In this document: positions 38,353 to 51,435 of the stretch, piece by piece
Layout: each line of letters opens with the position of its first letter
How positions within the stretch are numbered: position 1 is the first letter of the stretch
Source: Lama glama
Lineage: Eukaryota
Length of the DNA: 64,000 bases
Reading direction: 5' to 3'
Assembly: GCA_028534125.1 (NCBI GenBank)
Contig: CM052816.1
Location: forward strand, 77,564,001-77,628,000
Notes under the pieces: model-generated
What the model saw: the letters and a program-made list of their open reading frames with translations, nothing else
Database searches by the model: none
Told to the model about the DNA's origin: nothing
Made by a program: the position numbers and the translations under genes

Positions 38353-41300
38353 AGACAGAGGGTGAAACTAACTGGTTTATAAAATTGAGCCTGGCTCAGA
38401 AATACGAAGCCAGCAAAAGGGTCATGAATATTTGTGAGTCACCTGGACAAAGCTCATCAAACAAAGTGTAAACACACTCTAGTGGTGAAGGAAAAATAAA
38501 GATGAAAGTTTCCTAAAACTAGAACACAAGTGACTAATTAAACCTCTAAGAATTCAGTTTTTACCCTTGAAACCTTATTCAGCAATATTCTAAGGCTTTT
38601 GTCATTTTCAGCAAGTGAATCTTACCCAAAGAAAAGTTGCAGTTTGACTTCAAAAAGTCGCTCTGTGTAGTGCTTCACAGAACTCAATAAGAGAGAGGAC
38701 ACATCTCTTTTCGTGACATTTGGCGGATTTGCACATGCGAGTCGGGAAGCATACATTTCCACGGAAGCCTAAAGATGAAAAGCCAGAGCGCTATTTGTAT
38801 CGGGGGCACTTGATATTAATCCCATTCTGCTTTGTCTCACAACCCATGCTGGGTTCCCATTAATATCTTCTCGGCCTCATCTCTGAAATTCTTCATCATC
38901 AATGGCTTATTGTAAAATACTCTCTTCCTTAGCTTCGGGCCATTTTTACCAACCGACTCCATATTCCCCTGCCCCCAACCAAGATTCCTTTCTTTTTCTT
39001 GACCACTAGAGAATTAAATTCCTTATGATGTGTAACTATTTGCAGGATATTCAGATCTCTGGTCATGCTAATGGGATTGATTCCTTGGGTCTTATAGGGC
39101 TGTAAGACTCCCTCACCTACTTAATAGACACCCCAGAATGTCACAGAGACTCCCCGAGAGCTTCCTCCAAGGCTGCTGACAATCTCCATGGCAATAGCCA
39201 TCCATCGTTGAACTTTTCCAGACAAGACAGTTTTTTTCTCCCTGGGCAGTGCTGATGCTGGAGTCTATAACATTAGATTACACTTTGCATTCTTATCCCA
39301 AGTATCTTTTGAAAAAAAGATGCTCTTTAACTTTGTTTCTGAAATCAGAATTGTTGCTCTCTCTTTGGCTGTCTGTGCCTGTCTCTCCACCCCGCCCCCG
39401 TCCTCTGTCCCCCACCGCCCCATTGGTGGGCTGTACACTGGTGGGCTGTTAAACAATTTCAACACAGCTGCACTTTGTTTGCTCCATGTCTATTTTTTTG
39501 ACTTTCTGAGAGGAGGTATTGTGCTAGGCAGGACTATTTGATTGGAGAATTGTTTAGACTGTGGCAAGTAGACACTTCAAGAGGATATTTTATGGAGTTA
39601 AACTTCAAGGGGAAAGAAGCCATCATTAATGCACAAAAGAGAAAAACTGAGAAAGTTGGCATGGATAGGAAACTTAGGTCATACTAACACAAGAGTCAAC
39701 TCAGAGCCTCAGCTCAACTTCACCGAATTGGAATTTTCACTTTGAAATGGAATCCAACTGGTGAACATTTCAGTCTGTGAAGAGGTAGAATTGAGAACAG
39801 GAAAAATTTGCTTGGAAATGTTCATGAGGATAAATCAGAGCTCTGATATCAGTGCTTCTTAAAACCCAAGGTCTTCATTTTTTCATAATTCTTCCTCATT
39901 TTTTTCCATCACGTGGGTTTAGCCAGCAGAATGGCATTTCTTTTTCCAATGCTCTTTATACAACGTATAAAAAAGTTTTCCAACTGTGTCTGCTAAGGTT
40001 TATGTCAAGATGGTCCCCAAATTCTGATGCTACAGTGAAGCACATCTTAGTGGAAGACAGAAGTTGTATGAACTCAAACCCTTGCTGGAGGCAAAGCAAG
40101 GCAGTGTGATCCACTGAAACAGATACTTGGCTGGGAATGGAGAGACCAGGGTTCTGAGCTTGACTCCTTCACTGCTTGGATGATCTGGGGCAAAACTTCT
40201 GACTTCTGTAGGTATCAAGTTACTCATCTATGAATACGTTGAATGAAATCAAGTTTCCTTTTAGCTCCAAACTTAGAAGTCACTGCCATTTCAGACCTAC
40301 TATTCCTTTTTACATTTTGGATCATCTTGTAGAGGAAACTAAGCATGGTTTTCTCACCTCGTGGTGCTACAGGAAATCACTGGCCAGTGTCATCAAAATG
40401 AATCAAAAACATTTCACTTGTTTCACTTTCCTTTGCTGTTGAAAAGTCTGTGCTCCTCACATTCAACGTGCTTTGCATTGAGACAGTAGAGCTGCATGCA
40501 TGGCCACTTCATTTTCTATGACATCTTTCCTATAAACCTTATCTCTAAGCACCTTATAGAGCATCTGTAATTATGGAATTAGAGAAACAGAGGAGAAAGG
40601 AGGTTGGGGAAAATGCAAGGAAGTAATGACATGAAATGCAGATTCTCCCCCACCCCCCATTTTTTCATGCTATATATAAAGAAATCCTGCCCCAACTAGA
40701 GAATAACGTGAGCTAAAAATCTCACCTTCCCAGGGCTTGAGACAGGAGAAGGAGTAGATGCACTATGAGTCAAACAACGAAGGTAAAATCTTACTAATTT
40801 GAAAGTTCACGTTTTCAAATGGATATACTGGACATTCCAAAGATCGTCAGCTTAGAAACTTGGGTAGCAATTAGGTCTCTGAATCTCAAATCAGAACACA
40901 TCAAAGTGACACTGGTAGGACTGGGAAACATATTTCCATAATAAAGAACTTGCCTCAAACCGGAGGTTTACTGGATGTCAAAACTGTGCTTTTCGGTTCA
41001 GTTAACAACTACTAAGGGGTTGGATATACCAAGCACAGATGTTAACATGACATGATCAACTTTTGGAAGCAAGATGTTCACATGTCCTGATGGTCCAGAT
41101 GCCAGAAATACCTTCCACCCTTAGTCAGACACACATCTGGAAAGAGAACAACACATCTCACACCATGGCTAGTATTCGTTCATTCTTAGCATGGTCAATA
41201 ATTAGTGTAAATTATTTAAAAATCACAATTACTATATAATTATAGATGTGTGATTTTATTGTCATCATTATAAATCAATGTAAATAATTAATAAGAAATT

Positions 41301-43151
41301 AATGGTGTGTATTATGTTGCCACCTCTTTTTCTAACACATTTATGTTAATTTTGTCAAAAAGAAATAGCTATTGCCGTCTCTGATTATAGAAACAATACA
41401 TACTCAAACCGAAAAAAAAGAAATTAAAGAGCATTGGAAGAAATAACATCATTTAGCCCACAAAGCCTTCTCATCCTCTAAATTCTTGAAATGGGTTAAC
41501 CCTATGTGCTGTTCATTTGGGCACCTTGAAATATAGTGTCCTGACTCTTGAGATTTTTCCCAGGAGGGACCCGTCCTCTTTGTCTTTGCTTAAGAAGGAG
41601 AGAGTTCCTGCACTTTCCACAGCTCCTCATCCTGTGCTAGCCCTAAAGCTCTCCTTTGTCTCCTCTACCCAACATGAGTTCAAGGTCGCACTCTATTTCC
41701 TCCCACCTGCTCAGCTTCTTGAGAGACCCCACTCCCTCCTGCCTTGACCCCAGAAGAGTTGGCCTTGGAAACTTGGACCGTGGTTTATAAAAGCGTGTCA
41801 ATCTCTGTGGCATCTAAGAGGTGAGATGCTCACTAGAGGAAAGGAATGGTGAAGGTCAGCACTCTGTAGAACTCCCGGAGCACACTCACCCTGCATTCTG
41901 TCTGAAGAGCATCCATGCAGCCCTTGACAGGGTGGATGGTTCCTCCAGAGCTGTGCATCATGGTGGGCAGAATTCTCGGAGGAGGATTATGGGCATGCAC
42001 ATTTGCTGTTGTTGTCAGGGGCTGGGGTAATAGCTTACAAAGTCACGTGGCTCATTCACTGCTCAGACCCCATGCCCTCTAATGTTGCTGCCATTTGGCT
42101 TTCTCTTTGCTGGTAACACAAAAGGGCACCCACACCTTTACATGGCCCATGGCTTATCTTAAAACAGACACAAGGTATCCATACTAGAACAGTGCAGAAC
42201 CCCTCCAAACTATAAAGTAACTCCACCCAAATGTGGTGAAATTTACCAATGTGAACCAGAAAATGCGGCATCCATCAGATGTCCTGCACTGTAAACTGAA
42301 GCATGAAACCTGAAAGTCCTCTGATGAAGAATGGGAAGGGAAAAAAATAAATGGCTTATGGAGACCACACATCATGCTTGCAATTCAAATAATTTCTGTT
42401 GCTCTCTCAACTTTTTTTGTGCCAAGTTAAACCTTTTTAAAATTGAATTGACAAAAGTAACAAAAGGTTCAACCTCTTTCACTTTCGTAAACTTAAAACT
42501 CATGGCAATCCTGGATCTCACTGACATTTAAAATTGTGTTAAACTGACTAACATTTGTGTCTTTCCCTCCTCATCCTCCTTTCTCTTTCAGTCCCTGCTC
42601 AACCCCAGGGACCTTGAACCCTGGCTGCTCTGGGTTCCCTGTTCGCAGAAAATGTCCTTGTGTAAACCTTTCCCTGCATTCCTTTTCAAAATGTACGTCT
42701 CTTAGGCCTCATTCATTTACCTTTCAGAGAATAAAACTTGATGCATCGGTTTTTATTTGTGATTGCTAATGACTTAATGCTCTACCCTTCCTAAAACAAC
42801 GCACCTGCCTACATTGCCTGCATGCACATTCTGATAAGAGCTTTTACTCTCTTTCCCAAGAAATGAACAGCGACAGAATTTCTAAACAGCCCCTGGAGCA
42901 GATATCTGGGGATAAGATCGCCTAAAACGGTAACTAAAATGTCAACAGGGCAATCTGGATTGCTACCGTCTTCATTCAAAGAGAATCTTGTCCCTCTCCT
43001 GTTCGCTCCCCTGTGTCCTCCATCACTCTTTCACCACAGCACAGGGAGAAGTCACCTCCCCATGACAAGCACAGTGACAATCCTGCTCCTGAAGAGGAAG
43101 GAGTTTTATTTTTAAGACTCTAGCATTTGACCTGAAGAGAATCTTAATGGC

Positions 43152-43530
43152 TGTATTATTAGTCAGGATAGGCTAGCTGATGCTTCAGTAACAAACACTC
43201 TGAATCTCAGCGGCTTAAAAAAACACTCCTGTGCTCCTTGAGGGACAACCACGGTTTCTGCTCTGCATTGCCCACACTCTGAGACCCCACTGACAGACTG
43301 TCCACTTCTTGAAACATTTCTGGTTGCCATGGTAGAGAGAAAGATGAGGAAAGAGAATGAAGAAATGTGTGCACAGGCTATTCAAGTTTGGTTCGAAGTT
43401 GTCTGAACCACTTCCTCTAACACTTCATTCACCAAAGCAAGTCCATGGTCACACTTACTTCCTAGGGGGTGTAGAAGCTCACTTCCACCATGTGCCTGGA
43501 AAGGCAGCATTGGAATGTTTACAAAACTCC
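43152..43530 (-). mobile_element. MLT1 (J/K-type) LTR
   Basis: TGTATTATTAGTCAGGATAGGCTAG...AGTAACAAAC...AATCTCAGCGGCTTAAAA. Confidence 0.8.
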
Positions 43531-44039
43531 CAACCATTAACTCAGAGTAGCAAACACTGTTATTTTATAGTAAAATGTCAAGAACATTGGCATTTAACAG
43601 GAACTATTATTATCATTATCACTGTTACTGTTGTTAGCTATGGGAAAACAGATCCAGGAACATGAAGTGATTTCCTAGGGTCACAGAGCTAATTAGGAAC
43701 AGAACAGAGATGAAAACACATATTTATTAAATCCCGCTTTGGAGTTCTTTTCCTCCATTCATTTGAAAGTCTAAAAAAATGTGATCAAACACAATTATTA
43801 AACCACCACATTCAACTAGATGACCAGGAGTTTGTGTTTTCGTGATGGGTTAGCTTCAAGAACAAAGGCCCGCATACTTTTTTTTTCTGTAAAAATCAGA
43901 TAGTAAATCTGTTGCAGGCTACACGTTCTCTGTCACACCACTCCACTCTTTCATTCCAGCACAAAAGCAGCCACAGACTAATACATAAAAAGTGGGAACG
44001 GTTGCATTCTGCTGGAACTTCCTTTTTACCAGGCAGGCT

Positions 44040-44370
44040 GGATTTGGCCCGCGAGCTTCCCTCGTTCCTTACTGCCGAAAGACTGGTCAACGCAAAGCCA
44101 GGGAAGAACACGAACAAAGGACCCTAGGGCACCGCGCCTGTCTGGGACTTGGATCCCCCTTCAGTGCAAAACCTACCTGACGGTGATTGTGAAGACTAAG
44201 CAGGTTAGTAAGCGCAGCGCACGTCGAAGAGGACCTGGCCGGCTCGGGGGTTTGCTGGCCCTGACTGAGCAGCAGCCGCTGTCCCGGTGCCGGAGGTTCC
44301 GCCCTGAACAAAACAAAGTCCCTGCTTCCCCGGAACTCATATTCGGGTCCAGCTGACAAGTCGGAGAAAG
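44040..44370. promoter_or_regulatory. Small orphan CpG island
   Basis: About 20 CpGs in ~330 bp within an otherwise CpG-depleted region. Confidence 0.55.
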
Positions 44371-44770
44371 AAACAAATAGAAATATGTAAACTGTCAGGA
44401 GGCTGAAAAGGAAATGAAAGCAGGATTAAGGTCGGGGGAGTGTGCAGTTTTAGGTAGGCTGAGCTTGAGGAGAGATTTTGAGCAGAAAACTTCAAGAAGA
44501 GGGAGGAAGTGAGCCAGGTAGAAACGCAGGGGGAGCGTGTTTCAACACAAGTAAGACCAATGTAAAACCCCTGAAGGGAGAGCCTGTTGGCAGAGCTCCC
44601 AGAGGTGAGGTGCGCGTGGCTGCGGCTGTGGGAATTCTTGGGGTGAGGCGGGCGTGGCCATAGCTGTGTGGGAATTCATGGGTAAAGGTGGGAGATAAAA
44701 TTAAGAGTTTGGGGAAATGTGAAGAGGACAGGTTATGGGCCTTGGTTTTAATTCTGCAGGAGACAGGGAA
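44270..44770 (-). mobile_element. L2 fragment
   Basis: TGAACAAAACAAAGTCCCTGCTT; TTTGAGCAGA...GAAGTGAGCC. Confidence 0.6.
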
Positions 44771-45224
44771 TAGGATTCTTATTCGTTGCAATTATTATGA
44801 CATTGCATCATAGCTCTCTTTTCCTCAGCTTTTCTTCACCCTCCCTTCCTCCTACCTTCTACTTCCTTCCTGTGCCTCTGCACCTGTGCTCCTCTGGATC
44901 CTTTTGTACTTTTCTGTAGCTCGTCTTCTTTCAAGTAATACTTAGCTCTGTTGATGGCCCATGAAATCAAGGAGGTCACTGTCTCTAGAATGATCCAAGG
45001 AGAAGGTTGGCCCAGGGCTGTCTGGGAGGATTTACCTTAATCCTCAGATGCTGGGCATCAGACAGAAAAGGCTTAGGAAGGAGAAGATGAAAATTAAAAC
45101 AGACCATTAAGAATGTTTTGTTATTTTTTTAAACAAGATCTCAAAGCATTTAAAGAATTATGCAAGTTGTATTGGGTTGATATGAATGCGGTAGCAAAGA
45201 GACCAATGCATAATCAATCCTTTC

Positions 45225-45318
45225 TGTCTTTGTTTTTTCTTTTCTTTTTTTAAACGGAGGTACCAGGAATTGAACCCATCATGTGCTTGACTACTGAGCT
45301 ATAACCGCCTCGTCCCCT
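45225..45318 (-). mobile_element. Internally deleted Vic-1-type SINE
   Basis: T-tail, GGAGGTACCAGGAATTGAACCCA...CTACTGAGCTATA. Confidence 0.7.
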
Positions 45319-45779
45319 TTTCATCCTTTTGCAATGTGAGTTTGTAAATGGGGGTATGTTTATCCCAGGATTCAGAATATAACCAACTCTTGATTGCCAG
45401 GGCCAATGGATGCAACATCACTATTCCACAGAGCTGAAAACTGAAAGCTGCTTTTCACCGTCACCTTTGCAAGATAAGCTGTTGTGTTCTGGTGGAACAG
45501 ATATGATATATGTATACGGTGGTGGATCTTTGGTATGTATACCATATAGAGAGAGGGGATTGGGAGGTGGGAGGGAGAGAGGGAGAAAGGAGAGAGAGAG
45601 AGAAGAGAATATGACTATCAATAAATCAATCATCAAGGTCAGTGTGTAATGTGCAGATTAAAGAGCTCCTCGCCACACATGGTGCTGAAATCCTGCTGTG
45701 CTCAGAAGTTTATGGCTGCATCTGCCTGTGGGGAGGCACTTTCTTTTTGTGTGTAATTTATAGGAAGACCACATATGGG

Positions 45780-45918
45780 CTAGTGTTTCTCAAACGGGAA
45801 CATGATTCCACAAATCACCTGGGGAATCTTATTCAAATGCAGATCCTGAAATTCTGCATTTCTAGTAAGCTCCCAGGTTTTGCCCACACTGCTGCACCGT
45901 GGGCCATGCTTGAGTAAT
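45780..45918. mobile_element. MER5A-type MITE
   Basis: AATCACCTGGGGAATCTT...AAATGCAGAT...CTGCATTTCTAGTAAGCTCCCAGG. Confidence 0.8.
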
Positions 45919-46225
45919 ATAGTGGGATTTTTAATGTAATAATGACCTTAAAGTTATAAAGTTTAAGTTACAATAAATATCTATTTTATTGCATTCAATG
46001 ATAACATTTGCAATAATATATCTTGGCCAGATATATTATTTCTGGTGTGTCATTTCTGGGTTGAGAGCCTCTGAAGCGTCTAAACTGAAGTTTCCAAGGT
46101 AAATTTATTTGGTTTGGGAAAAATGTTAACAAATCTTTGGGAAAAAATTCCAAATATAGTCCCAATGTTGGCCTAGGTGTCCAGCTGTCTGGAACCCAAT
46201 GGATGCTGATCAGTTCTTCCAGCTC

Positions 46226-46239
46226 GTGCCCCCTGGTGT
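46226..46239 (-). promoter_or_regulatory. CTCF motif (reverse)
   Basis: Reverse complement ACACCAGGGGGCAC. Confidence 0.55.
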
Positions 46240-46346
46240 GAGCAAGGTGTGACGCCTATTGTGAAAGTGCCAGAATCTCTGGCAAAGTTGTGCCAGAAAG
46301 TTCCTTAGGAACAAACAGGGGCGGCTTGTTAGAGCTTGTCGGCCTT

Positions 46347-46365
46347 GGGCGCCATCTCGTGGCCA
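46347..46365 (-). promoter_or_regulatory. CTCF motif (reverse)
   Basis: Reverse complement TGGCCACGAGATGGCGCCC is a near-consensus core. Confidence 0.7.
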
Positions 46366-46493
46366 AAAGCAAGAAAACATTTAAAGAAATCTAGAGACAA
46401 CCAAATGTACTACAGTTCTCACCTATGCACAATGCTGTTGTATTAGGTAAGCTAATTAAAGCAACAAATCTTAAAAATATTAAATTTCTAAAG

Positions 46494-46915
46494 TGTGTGA
46501 GTTGGAGTTCATAAATTCCTCCCCATCGTCACACCCTTTATCTTGTGACTTTTCTGTTCCTCCAACTAGAAACAAAGTATTCTTCCTAACCCCTTAAAAC
46601 TGGGCTTGGCCAAGGGACGTGTTTTGCCCAGGGGGATGTTAGAAGATACACAAACAGAAGCTTGGATTGGGCTTGGCCAGTTAGACTTCTGTCCTTTCTA
46701 TGAGAAGAATATGATCCCAGAACCCCACTGACCCAAACACGAGGAGAGACTCATAGAACAGAGCTGCAACCAGCCTGCAGCGTACAGCCCAGCCTGGGTC
46801 AGCCTCCCCTGCCGCTGACCTGCAGCTGGGTGAGCAAATTAAATGATTATTCATTGTTCTGAGTTTTGCAGTTATTCGCTATACATCATTTATGTGGCAA
46901 GTGGTTACTCTGCAG
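46494..46915 (+). mobile_element. MLT1 (G/H-type) LTR
   Basis: TGGGCTTGGCC...CAGCCCAGCC...GCTGACCTGCAG...TGTGGCAA end. Confidence 0.7.
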
Positions 46916-47739
46916 AAGTATCCTTTCAACAGGCACGATGCTTGCTTTCTTGTCATTTGCCTTTCCCTGGAAAATAGGGTGCCGCAAAACGTACAGATAA
47001 TGGATGAACCCAGTTAATAGCTTCTGCTTATCAAAGCTTTGCCATGGCATGGAACCGTTGCCAACTAAAAATGTACCAGCCTTGTGGGAAAAAAAAATGC
47101 TTACATGCATATTCCAACTCTCCGGGGGAAAAAAGTTAGGAGATGGAGGGAGTCACTTTTTGTCCGATTTCTGGTTTGTTATTGTCATTTGCCTTCACGG
47201 ACTAGTTTTAAAAGAGAGATGAGATGTTGAGGAACAGCAAGGTGAGGGTAGGAGGAGAGGGAAGGGACAATGGAAAGAAAGGGGGGACAGGGCGGTAATA
47301 AGAGAGGGAGGGAGATGGGAAGGCTGGAAAGGAAGGGGAAGGGACAGCGATTTCTCACAGGAAAATCCAGGGAGCTGGGGATGGGAGCGGAGTGCAGGGG
47401 GTGCCCCCAACCTGGGCTACATAGTGCTAACAGAGACGCACACTCATTCTGACAAAGTGTGCACTACAGCAAAACAACTACATTATTATTATGTGCCTCA
47501 CTCTGAAAAGTTTGGGAGACAAAGAAGGCCCATGCTATTTTTCAATAGCACAAGCTTTTGAATTTTTCCTTTTATCTAGACAAATTCCCTGAACTCTTTT
47601 TCAGGTAGACTCTGGCTCCCAGTCCTCAGAAAAGTCTGTGCCCCGTTAGAACCTACTTGCAGCTCCTCCCTTTAATTTCCCCACGATTCCTTCAACTGGG
47701 TCCCACAGTCGAAGTTTGGTTTTGCCAATTTCTACCCCT

Positions 47740-47905
47740 TTAGCTTTGGGAAAAGTGCTGTAAGTCCCTGTCTTCATTTCCTCATCCTTAGAAAGAGGTA
47801 AATCATAGTACCTATTTCATTGGGTGGTTGTAATGATTCCATAGCAGAGTAAGTGCCTAGAATAACACACAGAGTAGTATTGCTCAGTAAATGTTAGCCA
47901 GCATG
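47740..47905 (+). mobile_element. MIR SINE
   Basis: TTTCCTCATC...ATAGTACCTATTTCAT...GCTCAGTAAATGTTAGC. Confidence 0.75.
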
Positions 47906-49167
47906 ATTACGGGCAACAAAACAAATCTGATAACAGTAATAATAATAATGACAGTAATAACTACCACTGTTTGAGGACCTGCTGCCCACCAGGCAGTATT
48001 TTAAATACTTTGTCCACATCAAGTCATCAAGCTGGTGGTTGAGAGTCGCTCAGGCTCTGGAATCCAAACCGTCTGATCACATGGGAGATTGGTAGGATCA
48101 GATAAGTAGAATCAGCACGTCAAATTTCTCAGGAATACAGGTTCAAAAACCGGATGGAGAGGGAAAAATGACTTACTGTTGGTGGAGTTCAGGCATCCAC
48201 TACAACGTAAGACAGGAGGTGTGCTGTGGAGAATGACACTCATGCCTGGACTCTCCCAGGACCCCTCCAATAGCACCTCATATACCTGGCCGCAGAATAG
48301 TTCATCCCCAGCCAAAACGCAAGATGAGCTCACTGGGGCTATGGTTTCGGGTGGCTGGGGACCAATGCAGCGCCGGTGATGGAAGGGGACTCCCCTCTGT
48401 CCCAGGGCACACATGCTGCTCTGAGAAAGGTCTGCCTCTGTAACATCAGCCCCTGAGACAAAGAGTGGCCCCAGTGAAAAACCAAATAATAAACAGGTTG
48501 GGGGGAAGTAATAACTTGAGCCTTGCCTGGACTGGATTCAATTTCTGCCTGCAGCATTTCAGTTTTAACTCACTAAACCTTGGTTGGAGTCTTGGGAAAA
48601 CAGGCAGTACAATTCCGAAAAGCAATCAAAAAGCGACTGCCAAGCTATTGGGACGTTCCGTGGTGCGTTTCTAAACCAGCGCTAATCTAATAAATGCACG
48701 CGCGATGAGCTGTGAAATTGAGAACATGATTGTTCACATTCTCTGAGCCAAAGGAATAAAATGGCCATTTTCCCCTTTATTTCATATGAAAAAGCAATCA
48801 CAAATCATCTGTTATTTTGTACCTTTATATAAAACACGGACGTCTGGGTGTCTAATGGCATTTGTTAGCAGGGAGAAAAGACTTGGAGAAATCTGATGCT
48901 TGGCTTACCAGGACCCCAACTTCAAACAGAAGGCAAGGACGAGTACTGGACTTTGGCATTGGAAGGTCTGGGTTAGGAGCCCAGACTCTGCCTTTTAGTA
49001 CTTGTGTGTGAGTAAGGGTCTCAACTCCCGTGTCTCATCGCCAACATGAGGTTTAAACAAGATAATGTTTGTGGAAAGCAGTTTTAAGTGTGTGAATGAG
49101 TGAGTGTAAAGCAGCAAATAGGGTGTACAAATACTTTCATTTCAGTTTGGGGAATTATAGATAGAAA

Positions 49168-49265
49168 ATATATATATATGTATACATATATGTATATATA
49201 TGTATGTGTATATATATATATATATACACATACACACACACTCACATATACACACATACACACAT
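49168..49265. repeat. Compound (TA)n/(TG)/(CA)n microsatellite
   Basis: Read directly from the sequence. Confidence 0.9.
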
Positions 49266-49289
49266 TTTTTTTTAATTTAACCACAGTGG

Positions 49290-49416
49290 TTTTTTTTTAA
49301 ATTCAAGTATAGTTGATTTACAATGTTGTGTCAGTTTCTGGTGTATAGCAAAGTGACTCGGTTATACATATTATATATATGTATATACATGAATATATTC
49401 TTTTTCGTATTCTTTT
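49290..49416 (-). mobile_element. Short L1 3' end (cetartiodactyl type)
   Basis: AAGTATAGTTGATTTACAATGTTGTGTCAGTTTCTGGTGTATAGCA. Confidence 0.85.
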
Positions 49417-49844
49417 ATAGTTATCTTTAAACCTCAGATTTACCCATTGCTATGAGTACGATTTTTACAGCATATGGAAGGCAATGGAATCTCGATGATG
49501 GACAATACTGTGAGATCTTAGGGTCAGCATTTGTAATAGCAATTCAAATCAAGCCATATTTTCTCAGAACATCAACTGAGTTCATGGTAGTGAGTTCACT
49601 GCTGTAGGAAAGAAAACAGTGGTTGCAAATCAGGGACTGCTTTCAATGGGCTTACACTCTAATGGAAATCGGGCGGGATAAAATAAGTGAATTTTATACA
49701 GGATGGAAAATTATAAACATCAAAAGATGTTCAAAAAGCATTAAATCATTGCAGTAGTTAATAGACTACCTCTGGATGGGAGATCATATAGGGCTTCAGG
49801 AAGGAGAAGGCATTCAGGATGTGCTCTGGAAAATGGATTGAGTA

Positions 49845-50385
49845 TATTTCCTGATCCAACCCAGAAAACTGGTACCAAGCTAAACATTTCTAACCTAGAG
49901 GATTTAATTCAGGGGATTGTTTGCAAAAACACTGAATGGATCAAGAAAGCAAAAACAGGAAGTCCAGTCAATTCAGAGGATAACTGGAGGAAGTCTCCAT
50001 CCCTACCGCTGCAGACACAAAGAGGAGGTGGTTTCACCCACAGCCAGGAGCTCACGCTCCTGCACACCAGGGTGCCTCCTGGCCACTGGGACTGGGGCAG
50101 AGGGGCTGCTACCTGGGATGGTTCTGGAACACGGAGGCCCCACAGCTGGTGCCGGGACATCCCTGATGGGAAGCACCGCGTGAAAACACTGGTGTGCCAA
50201 GGGGACATGTGTGGCTGGTGTTGGGGCTGTTGAGAGGGACCAGGAAATCGCCTCCATGCTGCAGTGCTGCACCTGTCAAAGGACACCAGAGCACAGAGGT
50301 GTCTATTACCACCTGCTGGAAAGACGCCTCCAGCAACTAGAAGCAGTAACGGTTGTCCGACCCAACAAGGCAACAGCTGGCAAGG
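49845..50385. mobile_element. Probable ancient LTR-type element (subfamily uncertain)
   Basis: Start CAGAAAAC...GAGGATTTAATTCAGGGGATTG resembles old LTR78/79-like elements. Confidence 0.4.
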
Positions 50386-50387
50386 AT

Positions 50388-51020
50388 CTAAAACTAGAGT
50401 TACTGCATGATCCAACAATCCCACTGTTGAATTCCTGGAGGAAATTCCAATTGGAAAAGATTCATACTACCCTTTGTTCATAGCAGCACTATTTACAATA
50501 GTCAAGATATGGAAGCAACCTAAAAGATGACTGGATAAAGAAGATGTGGTATATGTACAATAGAATGCTACTCAGCCATAAATAATAATGAAAGAATGCC
50601 ATTTGCAGCAACACGGATGGACCTGGAGACTGTCATTCTAAGTGATGTAAGACAGAAAGAGAAAGACAATTTGATATCATTTGTATGTGAAATCTAAAAA
50701 AATGATACGTATGAACTTATGGATAAAACAGAAACAGACTCACAGATAGAGAAAATGAACTTGTGGTTACCAAAGGGGCGGGGGGAGAAGGATACATTAG
50801 GAGTTTGAGATTAGCAGAAACAAACTACTATGTACAAAATAAACAACAAGGTCCTACTGTATAATACAGGGAACTATATTCAATAACTGGTAGTAACCTT
50901 TAATAAAAAAGAATATGAGAAAGAATATGTGTGTGTATAACTGAATCACTTTGCAGCACACCAGAAACTAACACAACACTGTAAATCAACTATCCTGCAA
51001 TTAAAAAAAAGAAAGAAAGA
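50388..51020 (+). mobile_element. 5'-truncated L1 (ORF2 C-terminus + 3' UTR + A-tail)
   Basis: Degenerate LKLELLHDPTIPLL (consensus LKIELPYDPAIPLL); GCAGCACTATTTACAATAG; cetartiodactyl-type 3' UTR and A-rich tail. Confidence 0.92.
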
Positions 51021-51435
51021 ACCTGATCTGAAATCCACAGCAACAACAAAAGAGTCTAGGAAACGGAGGTTCTTCTGCGGGTTCATTCAGTGGCATGTGG
51101 AGCCACCAATGGCCAGGTGGCAAACTCAGGCTCCAATTCAACGTAGCCATTGTTTGTTTCTCTGGGGGTCGTACGCTTCTCCTGCTTTATGACAACCTCT
51201 GCGACAAACAAGCTGTAGCTACAAGAAAAGAAAGGCAGAATTTTGTGGCTAGGTTCTACATCCACTCCTCAGTTCTCTAATCATGTTATGGGGAAAAGAG
51301 CATAATATATTCATTGGTTTTGACTTTATTATCTGCCTAAAGGAAAGCATATCAATCGATGTGCACTGTAATTGAGTATTGCCTAAGCCATCTTAGCATG
51401 CCACGGATCATTCTGCTTCTGGGTGATGGGGCACT

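Noticed and set aside
49838..50483. Overlapping 75-171 aa ORFs
   Set aside because: They lie in a probable old LTR and an L1 junction; only the LKLELLHDPTIPLL part is recognisable, as an L1 ORF2 remnant.
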